61,950 bases of DNA from Candidatus Omnitrophota bacterium (GCA_023247035.1 JAHFHG010000007.1:1-61950), one strand, 5' to 3'. Positions 45,790-57,139 are shown, counted from the stretch's first letter. Notes: generated by a model not told the origin, from the sequence alone. Program-made: numbers and translations.

Positions 45790-46331
45790 GTGAGCGCAGT
45801 GAGTTTCGGCAGGTCCCGGACAACATAAACCACGCACGAAACGATCGTCAAAAAGGCCGTCAGGTAGCAAAAATAAATCGCGGCCGGCCATTGAAGAAGG
45901 ATAAAGATCAGGGTCAACATCTGGGAAGCCGTCGTGCATTTCCCAACCCAATTCGGTTCAATGCGGAGGGTCCCGTTCATGAGAAAAATCACGACAAGCC
46001 CTACGATAATGACCAGATCCCGGAAGACAATGGAAACGGTAATCCATAAAGGCGGACGGTAGGGCAAATGGTGCACAAAGAGGAGGCCAAGAAAACCGCT
46101 CAAAAGGAGAAGTTTATCCGCCAGCGGGTCAAGGAAACGCCCGAGCGCGGTCCGCCGTTTTGAGAGTCGCGCGATAAATCCATCCAGGGCGTCGGTGAAG
46201 GCGGCGGTTATAAAAAGGATAAGAGCAATCCAGCGCTGGCGTTCCTGCGAAGGCCCATAAGAAACGAGGGCCGTGAAAAAGAACGGAACAAGAAGAATCC
46301 GGATCAGGGTAATGTAATTGGGAAGGCTCAA
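45786..46331 (-). CDS. pgsA: CDP-diacylglycerol--glycerol-3-phosphate 3-phosphatidyltransferase
   Basis: 181 aa with the CDP-alcohol phosphatidyltransferase motif DALDGFIARL...GRFLDPLADK. Confidence 0.88.
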   Translation of the reverse strand: MSLPNYITLIRILLVPFFFTALVSYGPSQERQRWIALILFITAAFTDALDGFIARLSKRRTALGRFLDPLADKLLLLSGFLGLLFVHHLPYRPPLWITVSIVFRDLVIIVGLVVIFLMNGTLRIEPNWVGKCTTASQMLTLIFILLQWPAAIYFCYLTAFLTIVSCVVYVVRDLPKLTALT

Positions 46332-49300
46332 ATGGAAATCTGTTCTTCAACCGGGCCGTGCTCCGGCTCCTTTTTTACGGTTGGAGGGGCGTCCTCGGAG
46401 GGTTGAGAAATTTTGACGGAAACGAGTTTGGAGATTCCAGGCTCTTCCATCGTCACGCCGTATAAAGAATCCCCCATGCCAATCGTCTTCCGGTTGTGCG
46501 TCACGATAATGAATTGCGTCGAATCAAGGAAGGTTCGTAAAACGGAAAGGAAACGGTCGATATTGGCCTCGTCCAAGGGGGCATCGACTTCATCAAGGAC
46601 GCAAAACGGAGAAGGCTTGATCTTAAACAAGGCAAACAAAAGGGCCGCCGCGGTCAGGGCCTTTTCGCCGCCGGAAAGGAGGCTGATATTCTGCAGCTTT
46701 TTACCGGGCGGCCGAACGACAATATCGATCCCTGATTCCAAGGGGTTTAATTCATCCAGGAGCACGAGCTTGGCATGGCCGCCGCGGAAAAGAGTTTGAT
46801 AATATTCCTGAAATGTTTTTTGGATATTTCCGAAAGTTTCTTCAAAGAGGCCTTTGGTAGTCCGGTTGATCTTCCGGATCGTTTCAAGAAGCTGTTCGCG
46901 GGCCTCCTCCAGATCCTTTTGCTGGGCAAGAAGGAAATCGTGGCGTTTTTTCAATTCCTCGTACTCTTCAATGGCCAGGAGATTCACCGTCCCCAAGGCC
47001 TCCACCTTTTGCGAAAGGTCCGCGATTTGTTTTTCCAATTCCTCAAAGGGTTTGCCGTCCGGAATTGGAAAATCCTGGGCGTTCAATTCAGAAAGCCGGA
47101 TCCGGTAAGTCTGCAAAAGACGGTCCGCGATATTTTTTTCCTGAAATCCCAAGTCCATCAGCTTCATTTCGCACTGGTGGGACTTCATCTGGATTTCCCG
47201 AAGCCTTTCAAGGCAAGCGTTGAGATTGGCTTGTATCGAATCTTTTTCCCCTTCCCCGCGCTCTTTCTCTTGACGCACCAATTCCAGGGCGATATCCGCC
47301 TCACGCTGATTTTCGGAAAGCCGATTTTGTTCGGCAAACAATTTTTCTTCCTCTTCCTTGAGGAGGAATTCTTTTTGGATGAGCCGCGAATTTTCTTCGC
47401 CCAAGGCCGTGATTCGCTCGCGATCCCGCGCGTCGTGATCTTTCATAAAGACAAGGGCCTCACCGAGCAGGCGGCTTTTCTCCAGAATATTTGAAAATCC
47501 GGCCTTATGCTCTACCCACTCATGAAGGAGTGAATTTTTTTTCAATCCTAAGGATTCTAATTCGCGGGCCAAAAATTCTTGGCCTGCATGCAGCGACTTT
47601 TCGTTCGCCTCCGCGCCTTCCAATTGGGCTTTGAACGCTTCGCGCCGGGCCGCTGATTCAGCCTGCTGATCCTCGAGCTCACGGGATTCAAACTCAATAA
47701 GCTCAAGCTCCCGGCGAAATGCGGCAAGCCGGTCTTTCATTCCTTCGAGCAAGGAATCAAGCGATTCCTTGCGGACAAGCGCGTCGAGTCTTTCGGCTTC
47801 GAGCGCTTCCCGCTGCGCTTTTAAGGATTGCTGCCGATCCAAAACAGCCGTCTCGAGGAATTCCTTGCGGGTAAGAAGTTCTTGAGTTTGCGCCAGCTCG
47901 CCTTGGAGGGCATTGATTTCTGAAGTTCTTTTAAAGGGGTTGTCCTCGGCGGATATCTTTTGATTTTTATAAAAAATTCTTCCGTGAGGGCCTAGCGTCA
48001 CACCATTGGAGGCGATTAATTTATAATTCGCGGCCAGCGGCAGTAAATCTGCAAGGGAAAAATCTTCATGATTTGTCACAATGAAAACGTTTTGGAAGAA
48101 AGGAGTAAAAAGCGGCGCATATTCGTCTTGAATGCGGACAACCTGCGAGATCGGAATCAGAGAAGGGTTGTTCCCTTCCAGCACCTGCAGGTCGTCTCGC
48201 TGCGGTTGGACCCTTTCGTGAATCAGCAGGCCCATCGAGGAAGGTTTGCGGTCATGAATCCGCTGAAGTAAATTTTCAGCGGTTCCAAGGTCCTTGACAA
48301 TAAGACAGCGGGTAAAGGATTCTAAGGCGGCTTCAAGCGCCCATTCAAAACCGGGCTGGACGGAAAATATTTTTTTCAAATTTGTAACCCGCTGATTGAG
48401 TTCTTCCGTTTCTTTTAAAAGAGCGGTTTCATCGGCGCAATAGGCACGGTCAAGCTCCGAGAGCAAATTCAGCCTGGCTTGTTTTTCCTGCAGTTCTTGC
48501 TGGATATTTAGCTTTCCCCTTTGAGATACCTCCCTTTGCCCGTCGATCCCGGAGATCTCGCGATCCAGTTCTTCTTTTTTTGCGTTGAGGCCTGCTAATT
48601 GTGCCGTTAGCGCTGCCAGATCTTGCTCCGCGGCGGCTTTGCGGGACTCTAATTGCTGCGCCTCTTGGCGGAGACGGCCTGCGCTCGCCTCCTGCCGCTG
48701 GTTTTGATGAAGATGGGTTTGTAAGAAAATGTCCAGCCGGTGATATTCATTTCGAATCTTGGCCGTATCCGAGGCTGCTTGAAACAGACTAAGTTTTGCA
48801 CCTTCGAGCCTGGATTTCAAGGCATCAAGTTCGAGTTGGACAGCCTGGCAGGCCTGCTCGCATTTTCCGAGAATATCCTGAGCCAGCTCCTCGTCTTCTT
48901 GGATTTGGATCAATGCCTCCGCCTTCAGCCGCAGATCTTCTGTGTTTTTCTTGATCCGTTCTTCGACCTGGACTTTTTCCGCTTCGATTTGAGCGAGGCG
49001 GGCCGCCGTTTCGATTCGTTTTTCCTGATTAAAACGGATTCCCTGCTGAGCTTGATCCATTTTGGACTGAATGGTATACCGAGCAGCCTCGCCGCGGTGG
49101 AAACGATCCATCACCTCGCGCAAGGTTTCCTGGCTGGATTCAATGTGCTTGCGGTGGAAAGCGGCAAGGGCGTCATTTTGATCCCTCTCCGCTTGCAGCT
49201 GAGCCAAGTGTCCGCCGAGGCTTTCTTTTTGCTGGCTTAAGCCTTTGAGCTCGTAAAAAGCCTTGCGGATCTGAAAATCTTTAAGTTTTTCGAGTTCTTC

Positions 49301-49948
49301 CTGGTAACGGGCCGCTCGGCGGGCTTGGCGCTCGGCGTACTGGATATTTTTTTGCACTTCGTGGACAATGTCATTGAGACGCAAACGGTTTTCTTCCGTG
49401 CGCTCGAGCTTTCGCAGGGCCTCTTCTTTTTTGACCTTATACTTTGAAATTCCGGCGGCTTCTTCAATCAGGGAACGCCTTTCCTCGGCATCCGCGCTGA
49501 GAATATAGTCGATTCTTCCCTGCTCAATCATGGAATAGGAGTTGGAACCGATGCCCGTATCCAGGATGAGGTCCTGGATATCCTTTAAACGGCAGGCGGT
49601 GCGATTGATGAAATATTCGCTTTCTCCGGAGCGGTAAAGGCGTCTTGTGAGGATGACCTCTTGATAATCAATCGGAAGCCCGCGATCCTGATTGTCCAGC
49701 GTCAGGGAGACTTCGGTAAAAGCAAGAGGTTTTCGAAATTCCGTGCCGTTAAAAATGACGTCTTCCATTTTCGAGCCGCGAAGAAGCCGGGCGCTTCTTT
49801 CCCCCAGCACCCAGCGGATGGCATCGGAAATATTGCTTTTTCCGCAACCATTGGGACCCACGATGCAGGTGACGCCTTCATCGAAGACAATCCCTGTTTT
49901 GTCGGCGAAGGATTTAAAGCCTAAAAGCTCAATTTTTTTTAAGCGCAT
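46328..49948 (-). CDS. smc: Chromosome segregation protein SMC
   Basis: 1206 aa with Walker A GPNGCGKSN, long coiled coils with a central hinge, the signature motif LSGGEKALTAAALLFA and Walker B CVLDEVDAPLD. Confidence 0.95.
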   Translation of the reverse strand: MRLKKIELLGFKSFADKTGIVFDEGVTCIVGPNGCGKSNISDAIRWVLGERSARLLRGSKMEDVIFNGTEFRKPLAFTEVSLTLDNQDRGLPIDYQEVILTRRLYRSGESEYFINRTACRLKDIQDLILDTGIGSNSYSMIEQGRIDYILSADAEERRSLIEEAAGISKYKVKKEEALRKLERTEENRLRLNDIVHEVQKNIQYAERQARRAARYQEELEKLKDFQIRKAFYELKGLSQQKESLGGHLAQLQAERDQNDALAAFHRKHIESSQETLREVMDRFHRGEAARYTIQSKMDQAQQGIRFNQEKRIETAARLAQIEAEKVQVEERIKKNTEDLRLKAEALIQIQEDEELAQDILGKCEQACQAVQLELDALKSRLEGAKLSLFQAASDTAKIRNEYHRLDIFLQTHLHQNQRQEASAGRLRQEAQQLESRKAAAEQDLAALTAQLAGLNAKKEELDREISGIDGQREVSQRGKLNIQQELQEKQARLNLLSELDRAYCADETALLKETEELNQRVTNLKKIFSVQPGFEWALEAALESFTRCLIVKDLGTAENLLQRIHDRKPSSMGLLIHERVQPQRDDLQVLEGNNPSLIPISQVVRIQDEYAPLFTPFFQNVFIVTNHEDFSLADLLPLAANYKLIASNGVTLGPHGRIFYKNQKISAEDNPFKRTSEINALQGELAQTQELLTRKEFLETAVLDRQQSLKAQREALEAERLDALVRKESLDSLLEGMKDRLAAFRRELELIEFESRELEDQQAESAARREAFKAQLEGAEANEKSLHAGQEFLARELESLGLKKNSLLHEWVEHKAGFSNILEKSRLLGEALVFMKDHDARDRERITALGEENSRLIQKEFLLKEEEEKLFAEQNRLSENQREADIALELVRQEKERGEGEKDSIQANLNACLERLREIQMKSHQCEMKLMDLGFQEKNIADRLLQTYRIRLSELNAQDFPIPDGKPFEELEKQIADLSQKVEALGTVNLLAIEEYEELKKRHDFLLAQQKDLEEAREQLLETIRKINRTTKGLFEETFGNIQKTFQEYYQTLFRGGHAKLVLLDELNPLESGIDIVVRPPGKKLQNISLLSGGEKALTAAALLFALFKIKPSPFCVLDEVDAPLDEANIDRFLSVLRTFLDSTQFIIVTHNRKTIGMGDSLYGVTMEEPGISKLVSVKISQPSEDAPPTVKKEPEHGPVEEQISI

Positions 49949-50049
49949 ATTGGCTGAAGTTTTGAAATTCCATAGAGAAATGCCGTTCGATACGATCCTC
50001 TTAAAATGTCGGCCACAAGGATTGGAATCTTGAAGAGGTGGAGAAAGGC

Positions 50050-51297
50050 TTAAGCTTCAAATGCCTTAAAAATGATGCACGCGTTATGGCCGCCAAATCC
50101 CAAGGAGTTCGAGAGCGCCACACGCACTTTGGAACGTTCGGCTTGATTGGGGACATAATTCAAATCGCAGTCCGGATCCGGGAATTTATAGTTGATGGTC
50201 GGCGGGATCATCCCTTCGCGGATCGCTAAAACGCTGACGATGGCTTCCACACCGCCTGCCGCGCCGAGGAGATGGCCCGTCATCGACTTCGTCGAACTGA
50301 TCTTGACTTTTCGCGCAGCGCTTTCACCCAATGCTTTTTTGATCGCTAAGGTTTCAACCCTGTCGTTCACGGGGGTTGCCGTGCCGTGCGCATTAATATA
50401 ATCCACGTCCTGCGGCTTTAAACCCGCATCTTTAAGCGCATTGGCCATACACCGGGCCGCTCCTTCCCCTGTCGGATCGGGGGCTGTAATGTGGCTGGCA
50501 TCCGAAGTCATCCCGTAGCCTACCATTTCGGCATAAATTTTCGCGCCGCGCTTTGTTGCGTGCCCAAGTTTTTCTAAAATGACAATCCCGCAGCCCTCTC
50601 CCATCACAAAACCGTTTCGAGTTTTGTCAAAAGGCCGCGAGGCGGCTTCCGGCTGATCATTATGAGTGCTTAACGCCTTCATGGCATCAAATCCTCCAAA
50701 CCCGAGCGGCGTAATACACGATTCTGTTCCGCCCGCGACCATCACATCCGCCTCGCTGCGTTGAATGATTTTAAAGGCATCTCCTATCGCATTGGCCCCG
50801 GTGGCGCAGGCCGTCGCGACACAATTGCTCGGGCCTTTTAAGCCCAGCGAAATGGCGATCTGGCCTGGCGCCATATTCACGATAAGCATGGGAATGAGAA
50901 AAGGGGAAACACGGCCGGGGCCTTTTTCGAGTAAAATTTTATGCTGCTCTTCAATGACGCGAAGGCCCCCGATTCCTGAACCGACGAGCACGCCCACCCG
51001 GTGCAGGTCTTCGGATTTGGTGTTAAGCCCCGCGTCCTCCATTGCCATTTTTGCCGAGGCCACCGCAAACTGAACAAACCGGTCGGTTTTCTTGAGTTCT
51101 TTGGGAGTAAGGAAGAGTGAAGGATCGAAATTTTTAACTTCAGCCGCAACTCTGGAGTTGAAGGGCTGGGCATCGATTTGGGTCAGAGGGCCTGTCCCGC
51201 TTCTGCCTTGAAGAAAGGCCTTCCACGAATTTAAAGCGGTATTGGCGACCGGCGTAATCGCGCCAACACCTGTGACCACGACACGGTGGGGTTTCAC
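50050..51297 (-). CDS. fabF: 3-oxoacyl-ACP synthase II
   Basis: 415 aa with the active-site Cys region [13 protein letters not shown], plus HGTATPVND and GHLLGAAG. Confidence 0.95.
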   Translation of the reverse strand: MKPHRVVVTGVGAITPVANTALNSWKAFLQGRSGTGPLTQIDAQPFNSRVAAEVKNFDPSLFLTPKELKKTDRFVQFAVASAKMAMEDAGLNTKSEDLHRVGVLVGSGIGGLRVIEEQHKILLEKGPGRVSPFLIPMLIVNMAPGQIAISLGLKGPSNCVATACATGANAIGDAFKIIQRSEADVMVAGGTESCITPLGFGGFDAMKALSTHNDQPEAASRPFDKTRNGFVMGEGCGIVILEKLGHATKRGAKIYAEMVGYGMTSDASHITAPDPTGEGAARCMANALKDAGLKPQDVDYINAHGTATPVNDRVETLAIKKALGESAARKVKISSTKSMTGHLLGAAGGVEAIVSVLAIREGMIPPTINYKFPDPDCDLNYVPNQAERSKVRVALSNSLGFGGHNACIIFKAFEA

Positions 51298-51351
51298 GGA
51301 AAGGTTACGAGGGATTTCGCATGCGAGAAGATAAAGTTAAATGAGGTGAAA

Positions 51352-51591
51352 TTATTTTGTGGTTGCTTTTTCTTCAATGTACCGGATCGCATCGCCGACC
51401 GTTTGAATCTTTTCCGCATCTTCGTCCGGAATTTCTATGCCGAACTCTTCCTCAAGCGCCATGACAAGCTCCACCGTATCCAGGGAATCCGCTCCAAGGT
51501 CATCCACAAAAGACGCTTCCGGAACCACTTCCTCAGGCTTGACCCCCAACTGCTCAACGATGATTTCCGTAATTTTTTCCTGAACTGCCAT
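51352..51591 (-). CDS. acpP: Acyl carrier protein
   Basis: 79 aa with the [19 protein letters not shown] phosphopantetheine-site motif. Confidence 0.95.
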   Translation of the reverse strand: MAVQEKITEIIVEQLGVKPEEVVPEASFVDDLGADSLDTVELVMALEEEFGIEIPDEDAEKIQTVGDAIRYIEEKATTK

Positions 51592-51626
51592 TGACTCCTC
51601 CTGGTTAAAAGTACTATTGTTCCGAT

Positions 51627-52382
51627 TTAAATTGTAAGGCCGCCGTCCACGACAACGATTTGGCCTGTAATGTAGTTGGATGCCTCTGAAGCTAAAAAAA
51701 CGGCGACATCCGCAATTTCTTTAGGGGCGCCAAATCTTCCAAGCGGAATATAATCTGCGAGTTTTTGCTGTTGATCTGATGTGAGTTTGTCTGTCATGCG
51801 TGTTTTGATAAATCCCGGCGCAATTGCATTCACGCGTATGTTTCGTTTCGCAAGTTCTTTGGCTGCAGATTTCGTAAATGCGATCATGCCTGCTTTTGAA
51901 GCGGCATAATTGGCTTGACCGGCATTTCCGGTTAGGCCGACTACTGAAGAAATGTTAATCATTATTCCCGAACGCTGCCGGACCATCGGGCGAGTACAGG
52001 CCTTCGTAAATAAAAACACACTCTTAAGATTTGTTGAAAGAACTTCGTCCCAATCACGTTCCGGCATCAGCGCGAGCAAATTATCTTTTGTCACGCCCGC
52101 ATTGTTGACAAGTATATCTACCCGCCCATGAGTGTCAAGGGCTTTTTTGACAACTTGATCAACTTCATCCCCAACACTGACATTGGCTTGCGTCAAAATG
52201 CACGGAGCGCTCGTTTCTTTTTCAACAAGCGCCGCCGTTTCTTGTAAATTTTCAATTGCGCTCGCCGACAAAACGAGTTTTGCGCCCTGTTTTGCAAATG
52301 CAGCGGCGATGGCCTGGCCAATTCCCCGGCTTGCTCCCGTGATGATGGCGATTTTGTCTTTTAAAGTTTGCAATTCACTCAT
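51627..52382 (-). CDS. fabG: 3-oxoacyl-ACP reductase
   Basis: 251 aa with [12 protein letters not shown] and YAASKAG (YxxxK) motifs. Confidence 0.93.
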   Translation of the reverse strand: MSELQTLKDKIAIITGASRGIGQAIAAAFAKQGAKLVLSASAIENLQETAALVEKETSAPCILTQANVSVGDEVDQVVKKALDTHGRVDILVNNAGVTKDNLLALMPERDWDEVLSTNLKSVFLFTKACTRPMVRQRSGIMINISSVVGLTGNAGQANYAASKAGMIAFTKSAAKELAKRNIRVNAIAPGFIKTRMTDKLTSDQQQKLADYIPLGRFGAPKEIADVAVFLASEASNYITGQIVVVDGGLTI

Positions 52383-53320
52383 ACCTTTGCGAACAAATTA
52401 TCCAACGTTTGAATATCCGAAGCCGTGCCGCACGCTTCGACATGAATTTCCGGCCGGCGCTTGCGCGCAAGCCCTTTGAGCACTTTGCCTGGGCCGATTT
52501 CGATAAAAAAGCTAATCCCCGATTCGCCCGCGAATTCCATTGTCGCCGCCCAGCGTACAGGGCTTGTAAGCTGCCGCGCCAGGAGCTTGCGGATTTCCTC
52601 CGGAGCATGGATAGCACTCGCCGTGACATTAGAAACGAAGGTATATTTGGGACTCCGTATCGCGGCGCCTTTTAACGCTTTTTCGAGATCCTCCTGGGCG
52701 TCACGCATCAAGGAAGAATGGAAGGCCCCTGCGACTTTTAAAGGCAGCGCCCGCTTGGCACCTCGGGTCTCGGCAAGCCGGCACGCGCGGTGAATGGAAG
52801 ACTCCGTTCCTGACAGCACAATCTGGTCAGAGCTATTGATATTGGCGACCTCACAACCCGCTTCTTTTGCCAGAGCCTCGCAATCCGCCGCCGCTAAGCC
52901 GATGATAGAGGCCATCGTTCCGGGATGAGAGGCGGCGCATTTTTCCATTGCTTCCGCCCTTTGTTGGACCAGCCGGAGGCCGTCTAAAAAAGAAAAAGAA
53001 CCTGCCGCGGTAAGGGCGGTGAATTCGCCGAGACTCAATCCCGCGGCAAATTTCGGCGACAGGTCAGGATAACGTTCGGTTAAAATCGCCAGGACAGCAA
53101 GGCTCATGACGAAAATGGCCGGCTGCGCATAAAGCGTGCGGGTCAATTTTTCTTCCGGCCCTTCAAAACAAATCGCGGTCAGCGGGTATTGAAGATAAGT
53201 CTCGGCGGAATCAAAAATTCTTTGCGCCGAGGGGAATTTTTCGTAGAAGTCTTTTCCCATCCCGACGAATTGCGCGCCCTGGCCGGGAAAAAGGAATCCA
53301 ATTTTTTCAGGCGCCGGCAT
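52379..53320 (-). CDS. fabD: Malonyl-CoA:ACP transacylase
   Basis: Start trimmed to ATG 53320 (MPAPEKIGFLFPGQGAQ), 2 nt after the fabH stop. Has the active-site motif GLSLGEF. Confidence 0.9.
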   Translation of the reverse strand: MPAPEKIGFLFPGQGAQFVGMGKDFYEKFPSAQRIFDSAETYLQYPLTAICFEGPEEKLTRTLYAQPAIFVMSLAVLAILTERYPDLSPKFAAGLSLGEFTALTAAGSFSFLDGLRLVQQRAEAMEKCAASHPGTMASIIGLAAADCEALAKEAGCEVANINSSDQIVLSGTESSIHRACRLAETRGAKRALPLKVAGAFHSSLMRDAQEDLEKALKGAAIRSPKYTFVSNVTASAIHAPEEIRKLLARQLTSPVRWAATMEFAGESGISFFIEIGPGKVLKGLARKRRPEIHVEACGTASDIQTLDNLFAKV

Positions 53321-53322
53321 AT

Positions 53323-54309
53323 TTACCACCGGATCAGCGTAGAAGCCCAAGTCAGGCCTCCGCCAAAAGCCACTAAGACAACGTGGTCGCCTTTGCGGAT
53401 CTTTCCGGTTTTGGCCGCTTCGTCTAAGGCAACCACCGTGGAAGCGCTGGACATATTTCCGTAGCGCTCTACGTTAATGAAAATTTTTTCCATTGGAAAT
53501 TCAAGGCGTTCGGCGACGGCCTGCAGGATCCTCATATTGGCCTGGTGAGGAATCAGGCAGGCCACATCGGAAAGATCGAGGCCGGCTTTTGCGAGCACTT
53601 CCTTTACCGCAAGCTCCATCGTTTTGACCGCGACCTTAAAAACTTCGGATCCTTGCATTTTGAGGTAATGCATTTTGTTTTTTAAGGTCTCTTCGGAAGG
53701 AGGATAAACAGAACCCCCGCCGGGAATTTGGAGAAGGCTTCCTTGAGATCCGTCTGAGCCGAGATAAGTCGAGATGATTCCGTGCGGGCCTTCGGAGCGC
53801 GAAACCACGACCGCTCCGGCCCCGTCGCCGAAGAGGACGCAGGTCGAACGGTCGGTCCAATCGATAAACCCCGACAAAACCTCGCTGCCCACGACGAGGA
53901 TATGCCGGTAGATTCCCGCGCCGATGAATCCATTGGCGACCGCAAGCGCGTACGGAAATCCCGAGCAGGCGGCGGCCAGGTCAAAGGCGCCGCATTGGGC
54001 GCCGATTTTATGTTGAACGGCGCAGGCGGTTGAAGGAAAAGGCATATCCGGGGTGATCGTGGCCACAATCACCAAGTCCAAATCGGCAGGCGCTAAACTT
54101 GCGTTTTTGAGGGCCTTCAAAGCCGCCTGCACTCCGAGGTCGCTGGCGCTTTGGCCTTTTGCAGCGATATGTCGCTCTTTGATTCCCGTCCGGGCGGTAA
54201 TCCATTCATCCGAAGTATCCACCATTTTTTCGAGGTCGGAATTTTTTAAAACTTTTTCCGGGACATAAGAACCTATTCCCCGAATCGCGGCCTTAAAGGG
54301 CTGGACCAT
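53323..54309 (-). CDS. fabH: 3-oxoacyl-ACP synthase III
   Basis: 328 aa with AACSGF, HQANMRI and GNMSSAS motifs. Confidence 0.93.
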   Translation of the reverse strand: MVQPFKAAIRGIGSYVPEKVLKNSDLEKMVDTSDEWITARTGIKERHIAAKGQSASDLGVQAALKALKNASLAPADLDLVIVATITPDMPFPSTACAVQHKIGAQCGAFDLAAACSGFPYALAVANGFIGAGIYRHILVVGSEVLSGFIDWTDRSTCVLFGDGAGAVVVSRSEGPHGIISTYLGSDGSQGSLLQIPGGGSVYPPSEETLKNKMHYLKMQGSEVFKVAVKTMELAVKEVLAKAGLDLSDVACLIPHQANMRILQAVAERLEFPMEKIFINVERYGNMSSASTVVALDEAAKTGKIRKGDHVVLVAFGGGLTWASTLIRW

Positions 54310-55340
54310 TACTTTTTACCTTCAAGCCTCTGATTCGAAAGAGCGGGAATGCTCGCAATGGTCTCGATAATCTGATCGTTGACTTGGGTGCTGACAATAT
54401 CCCCGGATACCCGGATCGCATTCCGAATGGCCCTGGCTGAAGATATCCCGTGGCTGATAATCACCGTTCCGTTGACGCCTAAAAGAGGCGCGCCGCCCGC
54501 TTCCTCGTAATTGGTTTCTTTCCGGATCGCGTTCATAGCCGGTTTGCAGAGCCAGGCGCCCAGCATACTGATGGGATTTTTCCGCAGCTCGCGCGAAATA
54601 ATTCCGATGGATGTTTCAAGGACGCTTTCGCACATTTTCAAAACAACATTCCCGACAAAACCGTCGCAAATAATACAGTCAACTTTTCCGGTAAAAAAAT
54701 CGCGTCCTTCGATATTTCCCACAAAATTAAGCGGTGAATCCCTGAGCAGTTTATACGCCTCTTTGAGGACTTCGGTGCCCTTGGACTCCTCTTCGCCGAT
54801 ATTGAGAAGGGCGATGGATGGCCTTTTTTTCTTGAAAATGCAACGGGCATAAACGTCTGCCATCACCGCATACTGAACCAACTCCTCCGCAGACGGATTA
54901 AGGTTTGCGCCCACGTCCATCGCGACTGAAATGCCGTGAAGAGTCGGCGTGCCGATGGCGATACCGGGACGCTTGATTCCGGGAAGCGGGCCGAGCATTA
55001 AAGCGCTTGCAGCCACCGCGGCGCCGGTATTGCCCGCTGTCATGACGGCGTCCACTTCTTTTTTCTTAAGAAGGTCGATACAGACCGCGATGGAGGAATC
55101 CTTTTTCTTTCTCAGGGCCGCAACCGGCGAGTCCCCCATTCCGACCACTTCCGCGGCGGGATGTACGATAATCTTTCCACCGAGCACTTTGTGCTTATTG
55201 AGTTCGCGCTTCAGCGCATCCAACTGGCCGACCAGGATAATTTCAAGATGAGCAAAGTCATTGGCCGCCGACACCGCGCCTTCCACCACAACCTCCGGCG
55301 CATAATCGCCTCCCATTCCGTCTACTGCGATTCGAATCAT
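54309..55340 (-). CDS. plsX: Phosphate acyltransferase PlsX
   Basis: 343 aa with a MIRIAVDGMGGDYAPE start, in the conserved rpmF-plsX-fabH order. Confidence 0.93.
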   Translation of the reverse strand: MIRIAVDGMGGDYAPEVVVEGAVSAANDFAHLEIILVGQLDALKRELNKHKVLGGKIIVHPAAEVVGMGDSPVAALRKKKDSSIAVCIDLLKKKEVDAVMTAGNTGAAVAASALMLGPLPGIKRPGIAIGTPTLHGISVAMDVGANLNPSAEELVQYAVMADVYARCIFKKKRPSIALLNIGEEESKGTEVLKEAYKLLRDSPLNFVGNIEGRDFFTGKVDCIICDGFVGNVVLKMCESVLETSIGIISRELRKNPISMLGAWLCKPAMNAIRKETNYEEAGGAPLLGVNGTVIISHGISSARAIRNAIRVSGDIVSTQVNDQIIETIASIPALSNQRLEGKK

Positions 55341-55392
55341 AAGATGGAGTCCTTAGTCCTTTGAAGGGTTCGGCTTTAAAAACACGCGGGCT

Positions 55393-55590
55393 TCATTTTT
55401 GGGAAGATTCTTTGACCTTCAGCGTGACGACTTGTTTGCCCCGGTAATAACCGCACGAAGGACAGACGCGGTGAGGAAGGCGCGAGGCGCGGCACTGGGG
55501 ACATTTTGAGAGGGATTTCAATTTTAAAAAATCGTGCGCCCGCCGCAATCTTGTCCGTGTATTGGAATGACGCCGTTTCGGATTAGCCAT
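55393..55590 (-). CDS. rpmF: 50S ribosomal protein L32
   Basis: 65 aa. MANPKRRHSNTRTRLRRAH followed by a CPQC...CPSC zinc ribbon. Confidence 0.93.
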   Translation of the reverse strand: MANPKRRHSNTRTRLRRAHDFLKLKSLSKCPQCRASRLPHRVCPSCGYYRGKQVVTLKVKESSQK

Positions 55591-56071
55591 GATTACTCCT
55601 GTTCTTGATCGGCCATATTTGTTTTAACTGGGAAAATCCATTGGACGGGAGCTCGCCCTTCGGCGGGACGCAAGCGCAAGACGACTCATTTAAATTGATC
55701 CCGCACTGAGGGCACAAACCCTTGCAGCTTTCTTGGCAGACAAAAGAGATGGGATGCTCCAGAATCAAAGTCTCGCGAAGATCGTCCAAGGTTTCAATCA
55801 TTTCTTTGCCTTTGATCTCATAAAAAAATTCAAACGGGCAATCCAACCGTTTTGGAACCGCCTTCAGACAGCGGCCGCAGATGTTTTGAATTTTACTGGC
55901 CAGACGGCCCCGAAACGTGAGAGTCTCAAGGCCTTTTTCTACCGTTCCGTCGAGGAATATATTTTGGGAATAGACAAAATCAACGAACTCAATATCCATT
56001 TTTTTGGGTTCGTATTCTTCGGAAACCTTTGTGACAACTCCTTCTTTATACTCCGCCAAACGTATTCGCAT
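55583..56071 (-). CDS. yceD: YceD-like DUF177 protein
   Basis: 162 aa with the C-terminal CKGLCPQCG motif, directly upstream of rpmF. Confidence 0.8.
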   Translation of the reverse strand: MRIRLAEYKEGVVTKVSEEYEPKKMDIEFVDFVYSQNIFLDGTVEKGLETLTFRGRLASKIQNICGRCLKAVPKRLDCPFEFFYEIKGKEMIETLDDLRETLILEHPISFVCQESCKGLCPQCGINLNESSCACVPPKGELPSNGFSQLKQIWPIKNRSNHG

Positions 56072-56075
56072 AATT

Positions 56076-56564
56076 TTAAACCGTTAAAAGACGTTCGTTT
56101 AATCGTTTGGCAACGAACGGAGGGACGTAGGCTCCGATGTCTCCCTTTAGCGCTGCGATTTCTTTGATCAGGCGCGAGGAGAGGTAAAAGTGGGCCTCGG
56201 AAGGCATAAGAAAAACAGTCTCTACTTCCTTAGAAAGCTTTCGGTTTGTGATGGCCATCTGAAACTCATAATCGAAATCGGAAGTCGCGCGCAAGCCGCG
56301 TATGATGGTGCGTGCTTTTCTGGCGACCGCGTACTCCACGGTCAAACCTTCAAGGCTGTCAACTTCGACGCCTTTCAGATTTTTAACGGCCCGTTTCATA
56401 AAGCCGACCCGCTCATCAAGAGTAAACAAGGTCTGTTTTTCCCTGTTGATTGCTACGACCACGATGATTTCATCAAAGAGGAGCAGAGCGCGTTTAATCA
56501 AATCAAGATGGCCATACGTAACGGGATCAAAACTCCCCGGATATATAGCTCTTCGTTTCTCCAT
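56076..56564 (-). CDS. coaD: Phosphopantetheine adenylyltransferase
   Basis: 162 aa with the AIYPGSFDPVTYGHLD motif. Confidence 0.93.
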   Translation of the reverse strand: MEKRRAIYPGSFDPVTYGHLDLIKRALLLFDEIIVVVAINREKQTLFTLDERVGFMKRAVKNLKGVEVDSLEGLTVEYAVARKARTIIRGLRATSDFDYEFQMAITNRKLSKEVETVFLMPSEAHFYLSSRLIKEIAALKGDIGAYVPPFVAKRLNERLLTV

Positions 56565-57123
56565 GGCTTGTGTCTAAGCGGAACAAAAAAGAAAGGCAAG
56601 CTTGCCCGATCTTCTTTGTTCTGGCCAACTTTAACGTCACCAGACCTTCGGGCAATTCCTCTTGCCTTGTGTGGCCTACAATGACTTGTCCAAATGGCAT
56701 GACTATACCAGATTGATCCAGCTTCAGCAATGTCTTTTTCACAAGTCCTTGCTGGAAAGGAGGATCCACGAAAATAAGTGAAAAATTTCTGGCCTTTTTT
56801 TTGAATTTATCGATCGCCCTTAGGACGTCACCTTCGAGAATCTCCGCTTTGCCGCCCAAGGCTAATTCATCAAGATTCTTTTGAATGACCCTAACGGCCC
56901 AGCTCGCTCGGTCGACAAAGGTGACGTTCAGGGCCCCGCGGCTCAAGGCCTCAAGCCCCAGACTGCCGGAGCCCGCATAAAGATCAAGCACGTGTTTTCC
57001 CGGAACAAGGTTGCCTAACACGTTAAAGAGCGTTTCCTTGCTCCGGTCGGTCATAGGCCTTGTAAGACGGGTTTTTGGAAATGAAATTTTTCTGGATTTT
57101 AATTCCCCGCCGATAATGCGCAT
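56527..57123 (-). CDS. rsmD: 16S rRNA (guanine966-N2)-methyltransferase
   Basis: 198 aa with a MRIIGGELKSRKI start, DLYAGSGSLGLEALSRGA and FVDPPF. The 3' end overlaps coaD by 38 nt. Confidence 0.88.
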   Translation of the reverse strand: MRIIGGELKSRKISFPKTRLTRPMTDRSKETLFNVLGNLVPGKHVLDLYAGSGSLGLEALSRGALNVTFVDRASWAVRVIQKNLDELALGGKAEILEGDVLRAIDKFKKKARNFSLIFVDPPFQQGLVKKTLLKLDQSGIVMPFGQVIVGHTRQEELPEGLVTLKLARTKKIGQACLSFLFRLDTSHGETKSYISGEF

Positions 57124-57139
57124 TGTTCTATCCTTTAGC